Positions 40,673-50,581 are shown, numbered from the stretch's first letter. The stretch is DNA of 64,000 bases from Candidatus Bathyarchaeia archaeon (GCA_050013255.1 JBEKFP010000002.1:96001-160000); one strand, 5' to 3'. Notes: generated from the sequence alone by a model not told the origin. Numbers and translations: made by a program.

Positions 40673-41729
40673 CTGCTTGGCTCTCTTGTTCAAGAATCGA
40701 AGCCAACCTAGGCGCTTGGATTTCCCAGCTGAAGTCGCCAAGAACAAACTGGCGTCCCGCTCGCCCCATCCGTCGAGAGAGTCTCGTATCACTAAGGAGC
40801 ACTTGGAGTTTTTCAATCCAGGGCCGCGTATTTCCATTGGGCAGCAAAAAACCGGTTAAGCCTTCTTTGATCAGTTCCGGAATTCCACCCACATTCGACG
40901 CTACAACTGGACGTTCGCAAACGGATGCCTCCAACAAGGTGGCTGGGCAGCAATCGAGACCAGAAGGGAGCACGTATACGTCGATTGACTCGTAGAACTT
41001 GCGTACACCCTGGGGGTACGGTAACCTGCCGAGCAGGTGAGCGTTGGGCAATCTTCTGAAAGCTTCCTCAACCAAAGGAGTATGTTCACCACCACCGGCG
41101 ATGTAGAAGTTGACCTTCGGCATTTCCCTAGCCACGTTGGCGAACCAAACTAGCTGCCTGACTTTAGGAAGAATATTGTTATCCTGCAAAATTCCAACAC
41201 ATGGGCTCTTAAATGGGAATTTGTCCGTCATTTCGCCGATCCAGGGTCGTGCGTCAATACCTTCGTGGAATACCTCAACTCGTTTGTCCGGCATTCTTCG
41301 CGCCACAATCTCCTTCAGCCAGCCGCACAAAGTCAAGATTCTGTCTGAGAGCGAAAGGCCGCTCGCCCATGATAATTGGTACAGTGGTCGTACAAGTTTC
41401 GTCAAAGTAGGGGCATGTTTGAAATAAACGGAATATTCTGTCCATACGTCACCTCGCAACAGAGCAACAAGTGGCAGACGACGGCGACTCATTTCCGAGT
41501 ACAGTTTGGCGTACCAGTTTGGGTAAGCAGGGAAGTCAGTAAAGACAACATCAGGTTTGAAATCGATGAGCTCGTTCATTATCTCTCCAACAGCGAAGAA
41601 CCCAGTACCTCTGGCGCGATTAACCGGTATAACGGGCACCATGCGTGATTGAATATTGCTGGGGAAGTACTCCGTCATGGCGCTGAAGAACCGAACCTTA
41701 TACGGTGCGTGAATTATCAGAACTCTGAC
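40668..41729 (-). CDS. GT4 glycosyltransferase (distant member of paralog group A); start probably upstream of ATG 41678
   Basis: FTDFPAYP, RGDVW, LQDNNILPKV, SGLDCCPATLLEA. In-frame upstream VRVLIIHAPYKVRFF aligns with paralog N-termini. Confidence 0.88.
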   Translation of the reverse strand, partial: VRVLIIHAPYKVRFFSAMTEYFPSNIQSRMVPVIPVNRARGTGFFAVGEIMNELIDFKPDVVFTDFPAYPNWYAKLYSEMSRRRLPLVALLRGDVWTEYSVYFKHAPTLTKLVRPLYQLSWASGLSLSDRILTLCGWLKEIVARRMPDKRVEVFHEGIDARPWIGEMTDKFPFKSPCVGILQDNNILPKVRQLVWFANVAREMPKVNFYIAGGGEHTPLVEEAFRRLPNAHLLGRLPYPQGVRKFYESIDVYVLPSGLDCCPATLLEASVCERPVVASNVGGIPELIKEGLTGFLLPNGNTRPWIEKLQVLLSDTRLSRRMGRAGRQFVLGDFSWEIQAPRLASILEQESQAG

Positions 41730-41793
41730 GTCGCAACCCTCCCAGCAAATGCAGGTCTCTTTCCCTCTTGCACGGCGAGCGCACCAATCAGGT

Positions 41794-42927
41794 TTAAGAT
41801 GACTTTACGGCTTCCCCGTAAACCTCGCTGAGGGCTGGCAACACACTTTCCCACCTAAATCTCCTGTGGACAGTGTCACGAACTTCGCGGCCAAATCGAC
41901 GACACAACTTTCTATCTTCCAGAGCCATCAACAGCCTTTCCGCCAGTTCATCTGGGTCCTTGCATGAATAGTACAAGCCCGCTTCTCCCAGCACTTCCCT
42001 CGTGGAAGGAAGGTCAGAGGCTACAACCGTGTTTCCGGCAGCCATTGCTTCAAGAAGCGCAAGGGGGAGCCCTTCACGCCTCGAAGGAAGTACGTAGACC
42101 AATGATTGCGCGAGCATTCGAGCTACGTCTCTTCTATTTTTCTGGCGGACAAAGGTCACCGAATCCGACAACTTCAGTTCGTGAGCTCTTCGGATTAGCT
42201 TGCCTCTAAGCGGACCGTCCCCTGCTATAATGGTATGAACATGAATTCTCTTTCTAACCTTCGCGAGCGCCTCTAGGAGAACGTCCAGTCCCTTTTCTGG
42301 TACGATTCGTCCGACCCATGCGATGCCCTTTCGTTTGCCTTTCCCAGGTCGGAATAGGGCAGTGTCGACGCCGACCGGCACAATTCGAATGTTCCTGACC
42401 GGAACTCCAAGGTCGCGGACTTCGCGTGCATCCGCTCTAGTCAAGCAAATGACCCGAGTAGAGTTGCGAAGTAACCATGTACCTACGCTCTTCAAATAGA
42501 TGAGTTGTGAGGTGTTGGTCAGCCAATCGCGCAGAGCCATCACTCCGTGTACCGTTGTGATTGCAGGTTTGGCCGAGTCCAACGCCGCCTTCACCGAAAG
42601 GACCGTTGTCCAGAACAACGGTGAATGAGCATCAACCAGATCGCATTTGGAGACGCGCACCGCACCGTAAATAGGCAGGGCGAAAGGGTTTGCCATCCCC
42701 AATGCGTCCCAAGGCATCCAGACATTTTCGTACCGGCTTATCTCGTATCCGGTTTTAGATCTTTCGCGCCTAGGAAGCTTGTCTCTCCGAACAGTCACTA
42801 CTTCAATCTCGTGGCCCAGTCGTGACTGTCGAGACGAAAGCTCGTGGCAGTAGATTGCATGCCCACCCACTACGTCCGGGTAAAGCGCATGCGTGACCCT
42901 GCATATGTTCAATGCTTTCATAATCAT
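41794..42927 (-). CDS. GT4 glycosyltransferase
   Basis: VGGH, TVHG, VGRIVPEKG, EGLPLALLEAMAAG. Confidence 0.93.
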   Translation of the reverse strand: MIMKALNICRVTHALYPDVVGGHAIYCHELSSRQSRLGHEIEVVTVRRDKLPRRERSKTGYEISRYENVWMPWDALGMANPFALPIYGAVRVSKCDLVDAHSPLFWTTVLSVKAALDSAKPAITTVHGVMALRDWLTNTSQLIYLKSVGTWLLRNSTRVICLTRADAREVRDLGVPVRNIRIVPVGVDTALFRPGKGKRKGIAWVGRIVPEKGLDVLLEALAKVRKRIHVHTIIAGDGPLRGKLIRRAHELKLSDSVTFVRQKNRRDVARMLAQSLVYVLPSRREGLPLALLEAMAAGNTVVASDLPSTREVLGEAGLYYSCKDPDELAERLLMALEDRKLCRRFGREVRDTVHRRFRWESVLPALSEVYGEAVKSS

Positions 42928-43001
42928 TCGCTTGAAGTACTAAGCAATAGCTCCCGAGCAGTCTTTTTCACCAGATTGCGGCTAGCTTGGAGTCCACCCC
43001 A

Positions 43002-43877
43002 CTATCTGTTTTCCCTAACGACATTGCTGACGGTGAATAAGATGACGGCCATGAACATGAGCAAGAGCCCCGATGTCACGATCGCTTCTGTTAGCAATGC
43101 AACATTCGTAACAGGTTTGCTCTGCGCTGCGTACAATGGGATGATGTACAAACCGTACAGCACTCCACTTAGGGCCGTCACGATGCCCAAGGTTCCGTAA
43201 AACAGCAGCGGGTGTCTAATTGATACAAACTTGATGAGACTGGCCACCACATCAAGGCCGTGATAAAGAGCATTGCGGCCGGAAGGAACGTTAACAGCAG
43301 CTATTGAGACCTCCTTGATTCTGAGTTTTTGTTCTGCAATCTTCATCAATATTTCCACACTAGCGCCCATACCTAGCTCGGCAGGGGAAACGTCCTGAAT
43401 AGCTGTTCGACCATACGCACGAAAGCCGCTTTGCGCATCAGTTATTGCGAGTCCTGATGCAGCGCTAGTGAGGTCTGTGATCGTCTTGATTCCGAACTTT
43501 CTATATCGTCGCATCAGTTGCCGCTCGCTGTGTGAATTGAATCTTGAACCGATAACAACATCTGCCTCTCCCTTCAAGATTGGCTCGGTCAATTTCGGGA
43601 TCTGATCCGCATCATGCTGTCCGTCTGCGTCCAACGTTACCATAACTTCTGGATTCAGTTCGCTGGCGCGTCTGAACAGGCGAGCTAGAGCAGAGCCATA
43701 ACCCCCGGGCTTGGGATTCCTTATAACTTCTGCCCCCATCGCCTCAGAGATTTTCCCGGTCAGATCTGTTGAGCCGTCGTCGCAAACAATTATCTTATCT
43801 ACGTAAGGTTTGGTCTTTGCCAACACTATTGCTATGGTACCTTCTTCATTGCGCGCAGGCAGACAGGCAACAATCAT
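43002..43877 (-). CDS. GT2 polyprenol-phosphate glycosyltransferase (DPM1-like) with C-terminal TMs
   Basis: PARNEE, DDGSTD, LDADGQH, GSRF, DAQSGFRAY; two C-terminal TM segments. Confidence 0.92.
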   Translation of the reverse strand: MIVACLPARNEEGTIAIVLAKTKPYVDKIIVCDDGSTDLTGKISEAMGAEVIRNPKPGGYGSALARLFRRASELNPEVMVTLDADGQHDADQIPKLTEPILKGEADVVIGSRFNSHSERQLMRRYRKFGIKTITDLTSAASGLAITDAQSGFRAYGRTAIQDVSPAELGMGASVEILMKIAEQKLRIKEVSIAAVNVPSGRNALYHGLDVVASLIKFVSIRHPLLFYGTLGIVTALSGVLYGLYIIPLYAAQSKPVTNVALLTEAIVTSGLLLMFMAVILFTVSNVVRENR

Positions 43878-43938
43878 GTTGGCAACCCGTAACGAATCAC
43901 TGTTAGCCTAGGCTAAAAGTGATTCCAAATCATTCCAA

Positions 43939-45342
43939 TTAGTGTAACTTGCGGACCGCGCTAAGTATTGCCCACAGCACGGACAAACCGAAAAACGCAG
44001 AAACCGCCACTATGTCCTGAAGGCCGGGTTTTAGGGTCGCCCAAGCCAGGAGATACGCGTAATTGACGGAAATGTAAGCAAACACGATAAGCCCTAGGAA
44101 GAGAGAAACCAGCAGGGGGATTGCTCCGCGTCTCCTCCGGAGCCACGATTCTGAAGACTGATAGACCGTAAGCAGTGGTAGCGAGATTGTGATAAAGATG
44201 ATCGGCGCGAAGGGGACCAAAGCCCGAGGTGTCTCGAGAACGCCGAGTTGGTGGAATAAGCCTAGATAGGGTACTGTAATGGCATAGAGGAACGGGAAAT
44301 ACCAGTTGGTATTCCGCCTCCACATCATAAAGGCACCTGCAAAGAATAGGATGGGCACTATTGGAAAGAGCAGCCAACCCATAGGTGGAATATTTGGAAG
44401 GTAACCAAACAAGTAAGGGTACAACAACATGTCGAGGAATTGAATGATCCACAGCGTACCGGCAGCGCTCGCGGAAAGCAACTGCGAAATTGTGTGATAT
44501 TGAAACAAATATTGCGACATTGTAACATTTAATGTCGGATGGCTGCCTGCTGCTTTTTGGAACTCAACCCAATAATTCCAACTTGCATAGCTAGTTGACT
44601 CCGCAAACGGATCCCCACTCAAACTGAACGAATACCAGGCCCAGCCAGCAGCGGAAATGGCAAATGCAAGCGCGATAAGAAACATCTGCTTCACAGGCAT
44701 TTTCTGCCTACGCATTTTTGAGGAGACAGCGAGGTAAACGAGCAGTGATGGAACAACAAGTAATGCCCCGTCGCTTCTTGTGAAGTAGAGTAACGACGTC
44801 AGAATAGCGGACAAACCTATTCTAACTAAGCCTCTGGATTGCCTTACTAGAGCAAAATAGATCAAACCGAGGAGGAGCAGCGAAAAGAGTTCCTCTCTCA
44901 AGCCTCTGAGAGCGTTGAAAACAACGTAGAAACTTATCGCTAAGAGAAAACTGGATACCAACCCAACCTTAGGTGAGAACGCCTCTTTCGCGACTATGTA
45001 AGTCGCGAGAATCGTCAGAAGTCCGAAAACGAAGGAGGCAACTCTGATTGTGGTGAAACCGGGGCCTAGCAAAGCGATGAAAGGTGCCACGGTAATCGGC
45101 CAGAAAGGAACTCGGGCAGGATTAGCGTATGCCGACAGGCCGTGTGAGAGAATGACTTTGGCATAATACATGTATGTTTGGGCGTCAGGATCTAGTGGAG
45201 ACCACAGCCCCACTCCCCCTCTCGGGCTCGACAGCAGGCGCCATCTCACCAAGACTGCTTCGAGAGCGAAGATGAGACCTAGTACAATCGAGGAAAGCCG
45301 GAGCCGCGGCACATGCGCAAGAGTAGATCCTATGGCCCGCAA
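43939..45342 (-). CDS. GT-C-type (ArnT/PMT-like) membrane glycosyltransferase
   Basis: WSPLDPDAQTY, RVPFWP, REELFS; multi-TM. Confidence 0.82.
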   Translation of the reverse strand: MRAIGSTLAHVPRLRLSSIVLGLIFALEAVLVRWRLLSSPRGGVGLWSPLDPDAQTYMYYAKVILSHGLSAYANPARVPFWPITVAPFIALLGPGFTTIRVASFVFGLLTILATYIVAKEAFSPKVGLVSSFLLAISFYVVFNALRGLREELFSLLLLGLIYFALVRQSRGLVRIGLSAILTSLLYFTRSDGALLVVPSLLVYLAVSSKMRRQKMPVKQMFLIALAFAISAAGWAWYSFSLSGDPFAESTSYASWNYWVEFQKAAGSHPTLNVTMSQYLFQYHTISQLLSASAAGTLWIIQFLDMLLYPYLFGYLPNIPPMGWLLFPIVPILFFAGAFMMWRRNTNWYFPFLYAITVPYLGLFHQLGVLETPRALVPFAPIIFITISLPLLTVYQSSESWLRRRRGAIPLLVSLFLGLIVFAYISVNYAYLLAWATLKPGLQDIVAVSAFFGLSVLWAILSAVRKLH

Positions 45343-45624
45343 GCATTCACTTTCCGGGCATCAAGAAATCTGCGGGCCCATTATAACACTGCTGATTAGC
45401 CAACAGGGTGACGGAGGTGCAAGGATCACACCGCAAAACAAATAGATGCTGAAGATGCTCTTTCTCCAAGACCACTTCAAGTCCCCTTTGGTTCATGAAC
45501 GATGTTCAGAGAACGGTTTTTGCCAATACGCGGAAACATTGTTTGGGTCATTGAGAAGGAGCCTTAGTGACTAGAATGAAGGCACCATGATTGCTAATGT
45601 CGAATCTATCTCAACGATCTCTCT

Positions 45625-45717
45625 CATTCTTCTAGTCGAGGTCCCTTCGGCAACTTGAGACGAGGCTTCTCCAGGTAGTAAAGGCGAGTCAGACCGACAA
45701 GAAGCGGATAAGCTTTT
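45625..45717 (-). pseudogene. Decayed C-terminal remnant of a paralog of the adjacent methyltransferase
   Basis: KAYPLL...LEKPRLKLPKGP versus EAYRLL...LEKLNLKLPEGP in 45719-46279. Confidence 0.55.
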
Positions 45718-45718
45718 T

Positions 45719-46279
45719 TCATTTGATGCACGCATAGAAATTCATATGCATCTTCTGGGATTTTCCGAAGTTGAACCCGGCAGATCTCAAAGCAGATTCG
45801 ACCAATTCATCAGACAGCCATCGATGTGGCCCTTCGGGGAGTTTCAAGTTAAGCTTTTCAAGGAGATCTAGCAGCCATTCGTATTTGCTTCTTGCTACGG
45901 CGAGTAGCAAAACTCCATTCTTTGTTAGAAGTCTGTATGCTTCATCCACGACTTTGAATGATGGTAGATGTTCGAGGACGTCCAGACACAAAGCACTTTC
46001 GAAAGTAGCATCCCTGAACGGAACATGCTCCACATCAGCAACCAAGTAGGAAATGCCTGAATGTCCTGCTTTAATGAAATCTATCGCAAAATCCAAGCCG
46101 ACCTTCACGTCTGCATGCACCCATGACAACGCTAATCCGGAAGCACAGCCCAGGTCAATGACGGAACGCCCGTGATACTTTTGCACCTGACTTTTCATGA
46201 GATCAAGATAGAAACTTTTCTTCTTTGCTTCATAGAATGAAGCGATATTGTTGAAATGAGATCTGACGCCACGTTTCAT
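45719..46279 (-). CDS. Small class I SAM-dependent methyltransferase
   Basis: IDLGCASG, GLDF, DVLEHL; ATG overlaps the upstream TGA (ATGA). Confidence 0.88.
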   Translation of the reverse strand: MKRGVRSHFNNIASFYEAKKKSFYLDLMKSQVQKYHGRSVIDLGCASGLALSWVHADVKVGLDFAIDFIKAGHSGISYLVADVEHVPFRDATFESALCLDVLEHLPSFKVVDEAYRLLTKNGVLLLAVARSKYEWLLDLLEKLNLKLPEGPHRWLSDELVESALRSAGFNFGKSQKMHMNFYACIK

Positions 46280-47298
46280 TGCCAGTTGTTCTTGAGCCAA
46301 TTGATAGTCAGCTCCAAACCTTCCGGCAAATCGATTCTTGGCGCCCATCCGAGAAGCTCCTTGGCTCTCGTAATATCAAGCGCTCTACTGAATGGTCCTT
46401 CGGGTTTCGATTTGTCATATATAACTTGCTTCGGCTTATGGCCGCTGATTTCTAGAATCATGTTAGCAACATCTTTGATCTGATATCGTTTATCCCAACC
46501 AAGATTCACCGGCGTTCCCTCAGAAATCTTCTCACACGCCGAGATCATTCCAGAAACAATGTCAGTTACGTAGGTGAACCCCCTTGACTGATTACCGCTT
46601 CCCCAGATGACATACGGATCATCCTTCCGCAATGCTTTCTCAATCAACATGCTTATCGCGTGTGAAGTGGGAAATTCTCCAGCACCATAAACCGTTAAGA
46701 ATCTGCATGAACTAGTTTTCATTCCGTACTCCTTACTGAAGGCTTGTAAGGTCATTTCGGTCATGATCTTTTGGAAGCCGTATAAGTTGTCACTAGCATT
46801 GTATCTTTCACCAGTGGAGAGAACATCATCTTCTTTCAACAAGTAACCTTCCCTATTCAACGACGGAGGGTAGACGCAGGCTGAACTACTGTATGAAATT
46901 CGCTCCACGCAACCCGCCTCATAGCAGGCTCGAATTGTGTTCTGATCTATTGCGAATCCAATGCTACAATCTGCTTGACGCTTATCAACGAATTCTCTTC
47001 CGCCGAAGACTGCTCCCAACATGAAAACTGTATCAATGTCATTTCTAACCAGGATCTTATGCAACCGATCACGTTCAGCAGCTAGGTCGATGATCTCCAG
47101 TGGGACAGTTGCTTTATGGTTAAGGCAGATTTCATGAAATCGTCCTAATCTTTTCATCCAAACATTCGAAAAGACGTTAGCGGCGATCAGTCGATCTGCA
47201 GCAACAAGGTTAACTCCCCTCTCTAAGAGTGAATCAACCATAACGCTGCCTATGAATCCGGTTGCGCCTGTGACAAGCACGTTGCTCATCTTGCTCAT
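46276..47298 (-). CDS. NAD-dependent epimerase (GDP-mannose 3,5-epimerase-like)
   Basis: TGATGFIG, SSSACVYP, YGFQK, WGSGNQSR.FTYV, KPEG. Confidence 0.9.
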   Translation of the reverse strand: MSKMSNVLVTGATGFIGSVMVDSLLERGVNLVAADRLIAANVFSNVWMKRLGRFHEICLNHKATVPLEIIDLAAERDRLHKILVRNDIDTVFMLGAVFGGREFVDKRQADCSIGFAIDQNTIRACYEAGCVERISYSSSACVYPPSLNREGYLLKEDDVLSTGERYNASDNLYGFQKIMTEMTLQAFSKEYGMKTSSCRFLTVYGAGEFPTSHAISMLIEKALRKDDPYVIWGSGNQSRGFTYVTDIVSGMISACEKISEGTPVNLGWDKRYQIKDVANMILEISGHKPKQVIYDKSKPEGPFSRALDITRAKELLGWAPRIDLPEGLELTINWLKNNWQ

Positions 47299-47304
47299 TT
47301 CAGA

Positions 47305-47970
47305 TCACCATAACTCCTTCATTAGAACAGCTACATGATTGAATCCGGTTGACCATGTTTTTGCTTTCACTTCTCCACCGGCACGGGTCCCTTCTACGAT
47401 CGGAATCTGGGCGACTTTCAGTCTCATTTTCGCCGCTCGAATACTCATCAGATACTCGGTTTCATTCCATTCAGACTTCACTTGCATCCTATCCCAAACT
47501 TCCATCTTGAATATTCGAAATCCAAACGTACTATCACTGTAATGAGATCCGAAGAACAAGTTCACTAAAAGCGTTAAGACATGATTGCCTAATCTTCGTA
47601 ATCCATACGGATCATCTGTATCATCGGTCTTTCCGCCTGGTTCGAAACGTGTACCGAAAACCAAATCATAACCGGTTCTGAACGTTTCAATCAACGCGGG
47701 TATGTATGCTGGATCATCATTTCCGTCCGAAGACATTAGCATGACAGAATCATCTCTAACATACTGCATTGCTTCGCGAATTCCATTTCCTCTACCGGGA
47801 ACTGTCTGCTTTACGATTCTGCACGGCCTGTCCTTCAAGAACTCCAGTGTCCCGTCAGTTGAATTATTGTCGACAATTATGATTTCTCTGAATTGATGAA
47901 CTGGAAGACGAGGCCAAACCCATTTCAAGCCTTCAATTTCATTCATGGTTGTGAGGATCAGAGTGACCAT
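47305..47970 (-). CDS. GT2 glycosyltransferase (DPM1-like, soluble)
   Basis: MNE, VDNNSTDGT, SSDGNDD, GTRF, E..MSIRA. Confidence 0.9.
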   Translation of the reverse strand: MVTLILTTMNEIEGLKWVWPRLPVHQFREIIIVDNNSTDGTLEFLKDRPCRIVKQTVPGRGNGIREAMQYVRDDSVMLMSSDGNDDPAYIPALIETFRTGYDLVFGTRFEPGGKTDDTDDPYGLRRLGNHVLTLLVNLFFGSHYSDSTFGFRIFKMEVWDRMQVKSEWNETEYLMSIRAAKMRLKVAQIPIVEGTRAGGEVKAKTWSTGFNHVAVLMKELW

Positions 47971-47989
47971 GCTAGTTCCTCTCCCTCAC

Positions 47990-48201
47990 TTTCGTCTCTC
48001 TTCTTCGCAGCGGGCGCGCCCAAAGGAATTATGATATCGTATTTTAGACTGTCGTCTGCAAGACAAAGTCTGTTGATTGTCTATTCGTCGAGCCGAATCA
48101 AGTATCTTAACAATGTGTTCTCCACAGTGAATTGTTTGCGACACCTCAAATCCCAAAGCCCGGCCCTGGCAGCGGGTCCCCACAAGAATAGCCGCTTTCA
48201 A
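47990..48201 (-). pseudogene. Possible decayed nucleotidyltransferase remnant
   Basis: TTGAAAGCGGCTATTCTT..GGGACCCGC (MKAAILVG/TR) versus TTGAAGGCGGCTATTCTG..GGAACCCGC of 26987; later EHIV..YL-like traces; downstream extent uncertain. Confidence 0.4.
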
Positions 48202-48373
48202 CGAAGGTTCCTTCGCCTCCGTTCTCTGACCATGAGGCAGTTGACTGTGCCGTAATAAGTCTTTGAAGAGTTGGCGGCCTGGAATCCCAAACCCACTTAT
48301 AGAACGGTTCGGGCTTGCGTGCACAAAGCTTCCAACGGCACGCGCGCAGATGTGGTCGGGGGAATTGTTTCAT

Positions 48374-49939
48374 TTGAAAACTCAAGCGTCAGTTGCTAAG
48401 GGAGCAACTTCCCTCTACGTCGCGAACATTGTCGTGCTCGTCGCCAACACGCTCTATTTTCTCGTATTAACAAACTTCCTCCGTTCGACGCTGGGTGTTG
48501 GAATCGTTACTGCTCTGAACATCATGATCTGGTTTTTGGTTACGGTTTGCATCTTAGCTCAGCCGGTCGCGGTGCAATCCCCTGTCCCGGCACCTTTGGC
48601 GGTCCTCAAGTTCATTCCAGAATTGCTGGCGAAGAGAGCTCGGTCGGGGGCCGGGAAGCTTTTCACGACTTCTCTGGCCTTTTCTGGGGTGATAGGTGGT
48701 GTTATTGCAACTGTTCTCATCGCTGCCCCTGGTCTCATAGTTCCTCTTGTCGGCGGGCAGGCGATCGACCCAAACTACGTCCGGCTCTCGGGCATTGACG
48801 TTCTATTCCTATCGCTGGGGCAGGTCTGCATTGGAGCGCTCATCGCGCTCGGCGAAATGAAGAGCGCAACGCTGTACCTTATTCTTTGGAGTGCCGTACG
48901 GTATACGCTCGCCTCAGTCCTGCTGGTCACTTTCGCAATCTCAGGCGTGCTTGTGGGTTGGATTTTGGGCGACGTGGTGTTGCTCGTTTTCGCCGTCCAA
49001 AAGTCAGTTCGCACGTTGCGTGTGGGGGGCGGAAGGTCAAGCTTTTCCATGTCCGAGCTCGCGCGTTATTCCCTCTACACGCTCCTGAGTGCGCTGATTG
49101 GTTTCGCGGTTAATCAGGCGGATAAGATTTTCACTTTGGCCCGGCAGGGGTTGCCTGAACTTGCGGTTTACAATGTGGCTATTGTTGCTGCGAGTTTCGC
49201 TGGCTTTGCTCCCTACGCTCTGCTTACAGTCCTGCTGCCCGCCCTATCTGCCTTGCACGCGGCGAAGAGGACAGGGCAAATGCGTGCGTTGATACATTCC
49301 TACTCTCGCTATGTGTCAATCGTGGTTCTCCCAGTCGCGTTTGGTTTCGCATCAATCATGGGAGTTGCACTGCGAATCTTCGGCCCCGAATATGTGGCCG
49401 GCCTTGTGCCTTCCGTTATCGTTTCCGTTGCGACTGGGTTAACGGCTGTGGGTGCCGTTTACGCGGGGGCGCTGTTGGCGGCTGGGGAGTTGAAGTGGTT
49501 CACGGGCGCGAACGCAATAGGCCTAGTCGGGCTCGTAGTCGTATCCTACTTCCTGACGCCAATCTTCGGTTTGAGTGGCCCCGCTTTAGGTCGGGCCACG
49601 TTGATGGCGTTAGTGGCTTTGGTTTACGGTTTTGCGTTATGGAGGAGCGGCTTCTTGGAGTTTGACCTACGTGCGTTCCTGTGTGCGGCGGCTGGTTCGG
49701 CCGTCATGGGTGTCGTTGTCTTCTTTGCCTTATCGTTCGCTCATTCCTTCCTAGCGAAACTGGCCATGCTTCCCTTTGTTGTCATCTTTGGGGCGTTTGT
49801 TTACGTGGGTTCTTTGCGCGTCCTCCGGCTTCTCACAGTGGACGACTTGAAGTTCGTACGCGACCTGTTGCCCGCGAGGTTCCATGGGGTTCTTCCGTTG
49901 GCGGCTAGGTTGGCTGGTCTAAGCCGGAAAAGGAAATAG
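48374..49939 (+). CDS. Oligosaccharide flippase (Wzx/MOP-type)
   Basis: About 14 TM segments, VAKGA, QADK, AVYNVA, LLPALS, PIFGLSGPA. Confidence 0.85.
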   Translation: MKTQASVAKGATSLYVANIVVLVANTLYFLVLTNFLRSTLGVGIVTALNIMIWFLVTVCILAQPVAVQSPVPAPLAVLKFIPELLAKRARSGAGKLFTTSLAFSGVIGGVIATVLIAAPGLIVPLVGGQAIDPNYVRLSGIDVLFLSLGQVCIGALIALGEMKSATLYLILWSAVRYTLASVLLVTFAISGVLVGWILGDVVLLVFAVQKSVRTLRVGGGRSSFSMSELARYSLYTLLSALIGFAVNQADKIFTLARQGLPELAVYNVAIVAASFAGFAPYALLTVLLPALSALHAAKRTGQMRALIHSYSRYVSIVVLPVAFGFASIMGVALRIFGPEYVAGLVPSVIVSVATGLTAVGAVYAGALLAAGELKWFTGANAIGLVGLVVVSYFLTPIFGLSGPALGRATLMALVALVYGFALWRSGFLEFDLRAFLCAAAGSAVMGVVVFFALSFAHSFLAKLAMLPFVVIFGAFVYVGSLRVLRLLTVDDLKFVRDLLPARFHGVLPLAARLAGLSRKRK

Positions 49940-49974
49940 TCCGCGTCGAGGCCCTATTCTCCACCGCCATTCTA

Positions 49975-50052
49975 GATGAGCAACATGTTTTCTTGAGTGC
50001 GGCGGCCGAGTCAGCGCTCATGGGCTTCCTGGTCTTCTACGCCTTGTCGTTT
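49975..50052 (+). pseudogene. Remnant of a paralogous flippase C-terminal segment
   Basis: FLSAAAESALMGFLVFYALSF (49990-50052) versus FLCAAAGSAVMGVVVFFALSF (49676-49738); 15/21 aa identical. Confidence 0.75.
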
Positions 50053-50062
50053 TGGTTGAAGT

Positions 50063-50581
50063 CTAAATGGGAGTCGGTTCTTCGACTTCGATCTCCGTTT
50101 CCTGCTGGATCTCCTGCGCTCTTCCTATGATGTCTTGGTCAAGGGTTACGAAGGTTTTGATGTCGTACCCCCATTTTCGCAGGTTGCTTGCATACGCTAT
50201 ATGCAGTAGGTCAAGTGTCTTCAGTTTGAGCGCGTGTGCAAGGCGGATGCAAGTGAGGTACTCGATGGGTGCCGAAAATGGAATTCCACCGGCTCGGAGT
50301 TTGGCCCTGGCGGGAACTGAGGCAACCTGCAAGTGTGAGTCTCTGATGAGGAATTCGAGGAGTGCGCGGACGCGCCTTCTAGGTGTTTCTCGTAGTAGTT
50401 CATCTGGGGCGCGGAGTGCGGGATCGACCCTTGAAAGAACAGCCATTAATTCCACGAGCGAGATCGGTGAAATCAACTTCCGGATTGCGCTTTGTTCCAG
50501 ATACCCAACAGCCATTTGATGCAATTTATCTTCAGGGAAATACTTGGCCAATATTACGTTGGTGTCGACATACTCCATCAT
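50063..50581 (-). CDS. PIN-domain toxin (VapC-like)
   Basis: YVDTNV, E, LKTLDLLHIA, FVTLD acidic PIN residues. Confidence 0.88.
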   Translation of the reverse strand: MMEYVDTNVILAKYFPEDKLHQMAVGYLEQSAIRKLISPISLVELMAVLSRVDPALRAPDELLRETPRRRVRALLEFLIRDSHLQVASVPARAKLRAGGIPFSAPIEYLTCIRLAHALKLKTLDLLHIAYASNLRKWGYDIKTFVTLDQDIIGRAQEIQQETEIEVEEPTPI

